Origin: Aplysia californica
Lineage: Eukaryota
Length of the DNA: 64,000 bases
Assembly: GCF_000002075.1 (NCBI RefSeq)
Contig: NW_004797763.1
Span: 447,515-511,514 of the forward strand
Direction: 5' to 3'
Each line of letters begins with the position of its first letter. Position 1 is the stretch's first letter. The position numbers and the translations under genes are program-made. Shown here one piece after another: positions 63,202 to 64,000 of the stretch. The notes under the pieces are model-generated. The model ran no database searches, had not been told where the DNA came from, and saw nothing but the letters and a program-made list of their open reading frames with translations.

Positions 63202-63442
63202 TTAACCCTATCCTACGCCTGGGGCCATTTTGTACCCCAGGTGTTGTATTCTTGACATTTTAGAATACTTCTAGAGCGAAGATCTCTTTTAAACTTTCAG
63301 TATTCCTCAAAAAAATGATTTTGATAGACTGCTATGCAAAGCGTACGGATTGGATTAACGAGTAAATTTCCTCTTAGGAAAGTGGAGACACAGACTTCCC
63401 CATGACGCATGGATATGATAGTAAAACAACGACGTACGGAGA
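63202..63442 (+). mobile_element. Non-autonomous DNA element end (TTAA|CCCT, piggyBac-like); second copy at about 215-435
   Basis: About 220 bp of clear similarity between 215-435 and 63220-63442; TTAACCCT at the left boundary. Confidence 0.55.
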
Positions 63443-63459
63443 AAGATACGTTTAAGCCA

Positions 63460-63975
63460 TCGTCATCATTGACTCTCTCACGTATCTACTTCAGGGTATA
63501 GGCCACGAACAAACACTTTCAACCTTTCCCTATCCTGGGCTAGCCTCTTGATGTTATTTCATGTTTTCCCACTTTTCTGCACATTAATTTCTGTGATTCT
63601 TCCCCAGTTTCCATGCAGTCTTCCCCCTTAAATTGTTATTTTACCCTGTGGATTCCAATCCCACACTTTCTTTGTTATGCAGCTGCCTGGCTTCCTCCTG
63701 AGAGCATTTCCAATCAAATGCCACCGCCTTCTTCCTACCTCATCTCAGACTGGTATCTGTCTTGTTTTCAATACTTCCTCGTTGGCGGCCTTGTCTGTCC
63801 ATCTGATCCTCAGTAACTTTCTTAGACACTTATTCAACAAAACACGGATCTTCTTAACGCAAATCTGAGATGCGTTCCATGTCTCACATCCATACAACAG
63901 GACTGACTTCACATTTGAATTGAAAATCCTCAGCTTTGTTCGAAGCGTTAAAGCTATACCACATACCATAGCCTA
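63460..63975 (-). mobile_element. RTE-like LINE 3' fragment
   Basis: RTKLRIFNSNVKSVLLYGCETW..NKCLRKLLRIRW. Confidence 0.85.
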
Positions 63976-64000
63976 CGGATATGACACAACACTTTCAAAG

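Overview
Repeat-rich, AT-rich eukaryotic (invertebrate-like, plausibly lophotrochozoan; inference only) genomic window from a gapped assembly with 9 N-runs. It holds two divergently oriented genes. (1) Minus strand, 16146 to 2181: the first 13 coding exons (about 485 codons) of lysosomal alpha-N-acetylglucosaminidase (NAGLU, GH89). All splice phases join in frame; the 3' exons lie left of the window. (2) Plus strand, 28158 to 57804: a type I membrane receptor locus with a variable-exon/constant-exon layout. Three tandem paralogous exons of about 1.1 kb (V1-V3) each encode a signal peptide, a divergent C-type lectin-like domain and MEGF10/SREC-type EGF repeats, and each ends in a phase-1 splice donor at the same homologous codon. 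Only one downstream set of exons is visible: C1 (Cys-rich), C2 (transmembrane) and C3 (cytoplasmic tail). All three V exons join this set in frame, which resembles clustered protocadherin or UGT1A organisation applied to a lectin receptor. This is the main finding; it is a gene model read from genomic sequence and needs transcript evidence. The remainder is decayed LINEs (RNase H-bearing I-group and RTE-like), tRNA-derived SINEs, MITEs, Helitron-like ends, a DNA transposase remnant and simple repeats. Exon coordinates were counted by hand; transposon boundaries are approximate.
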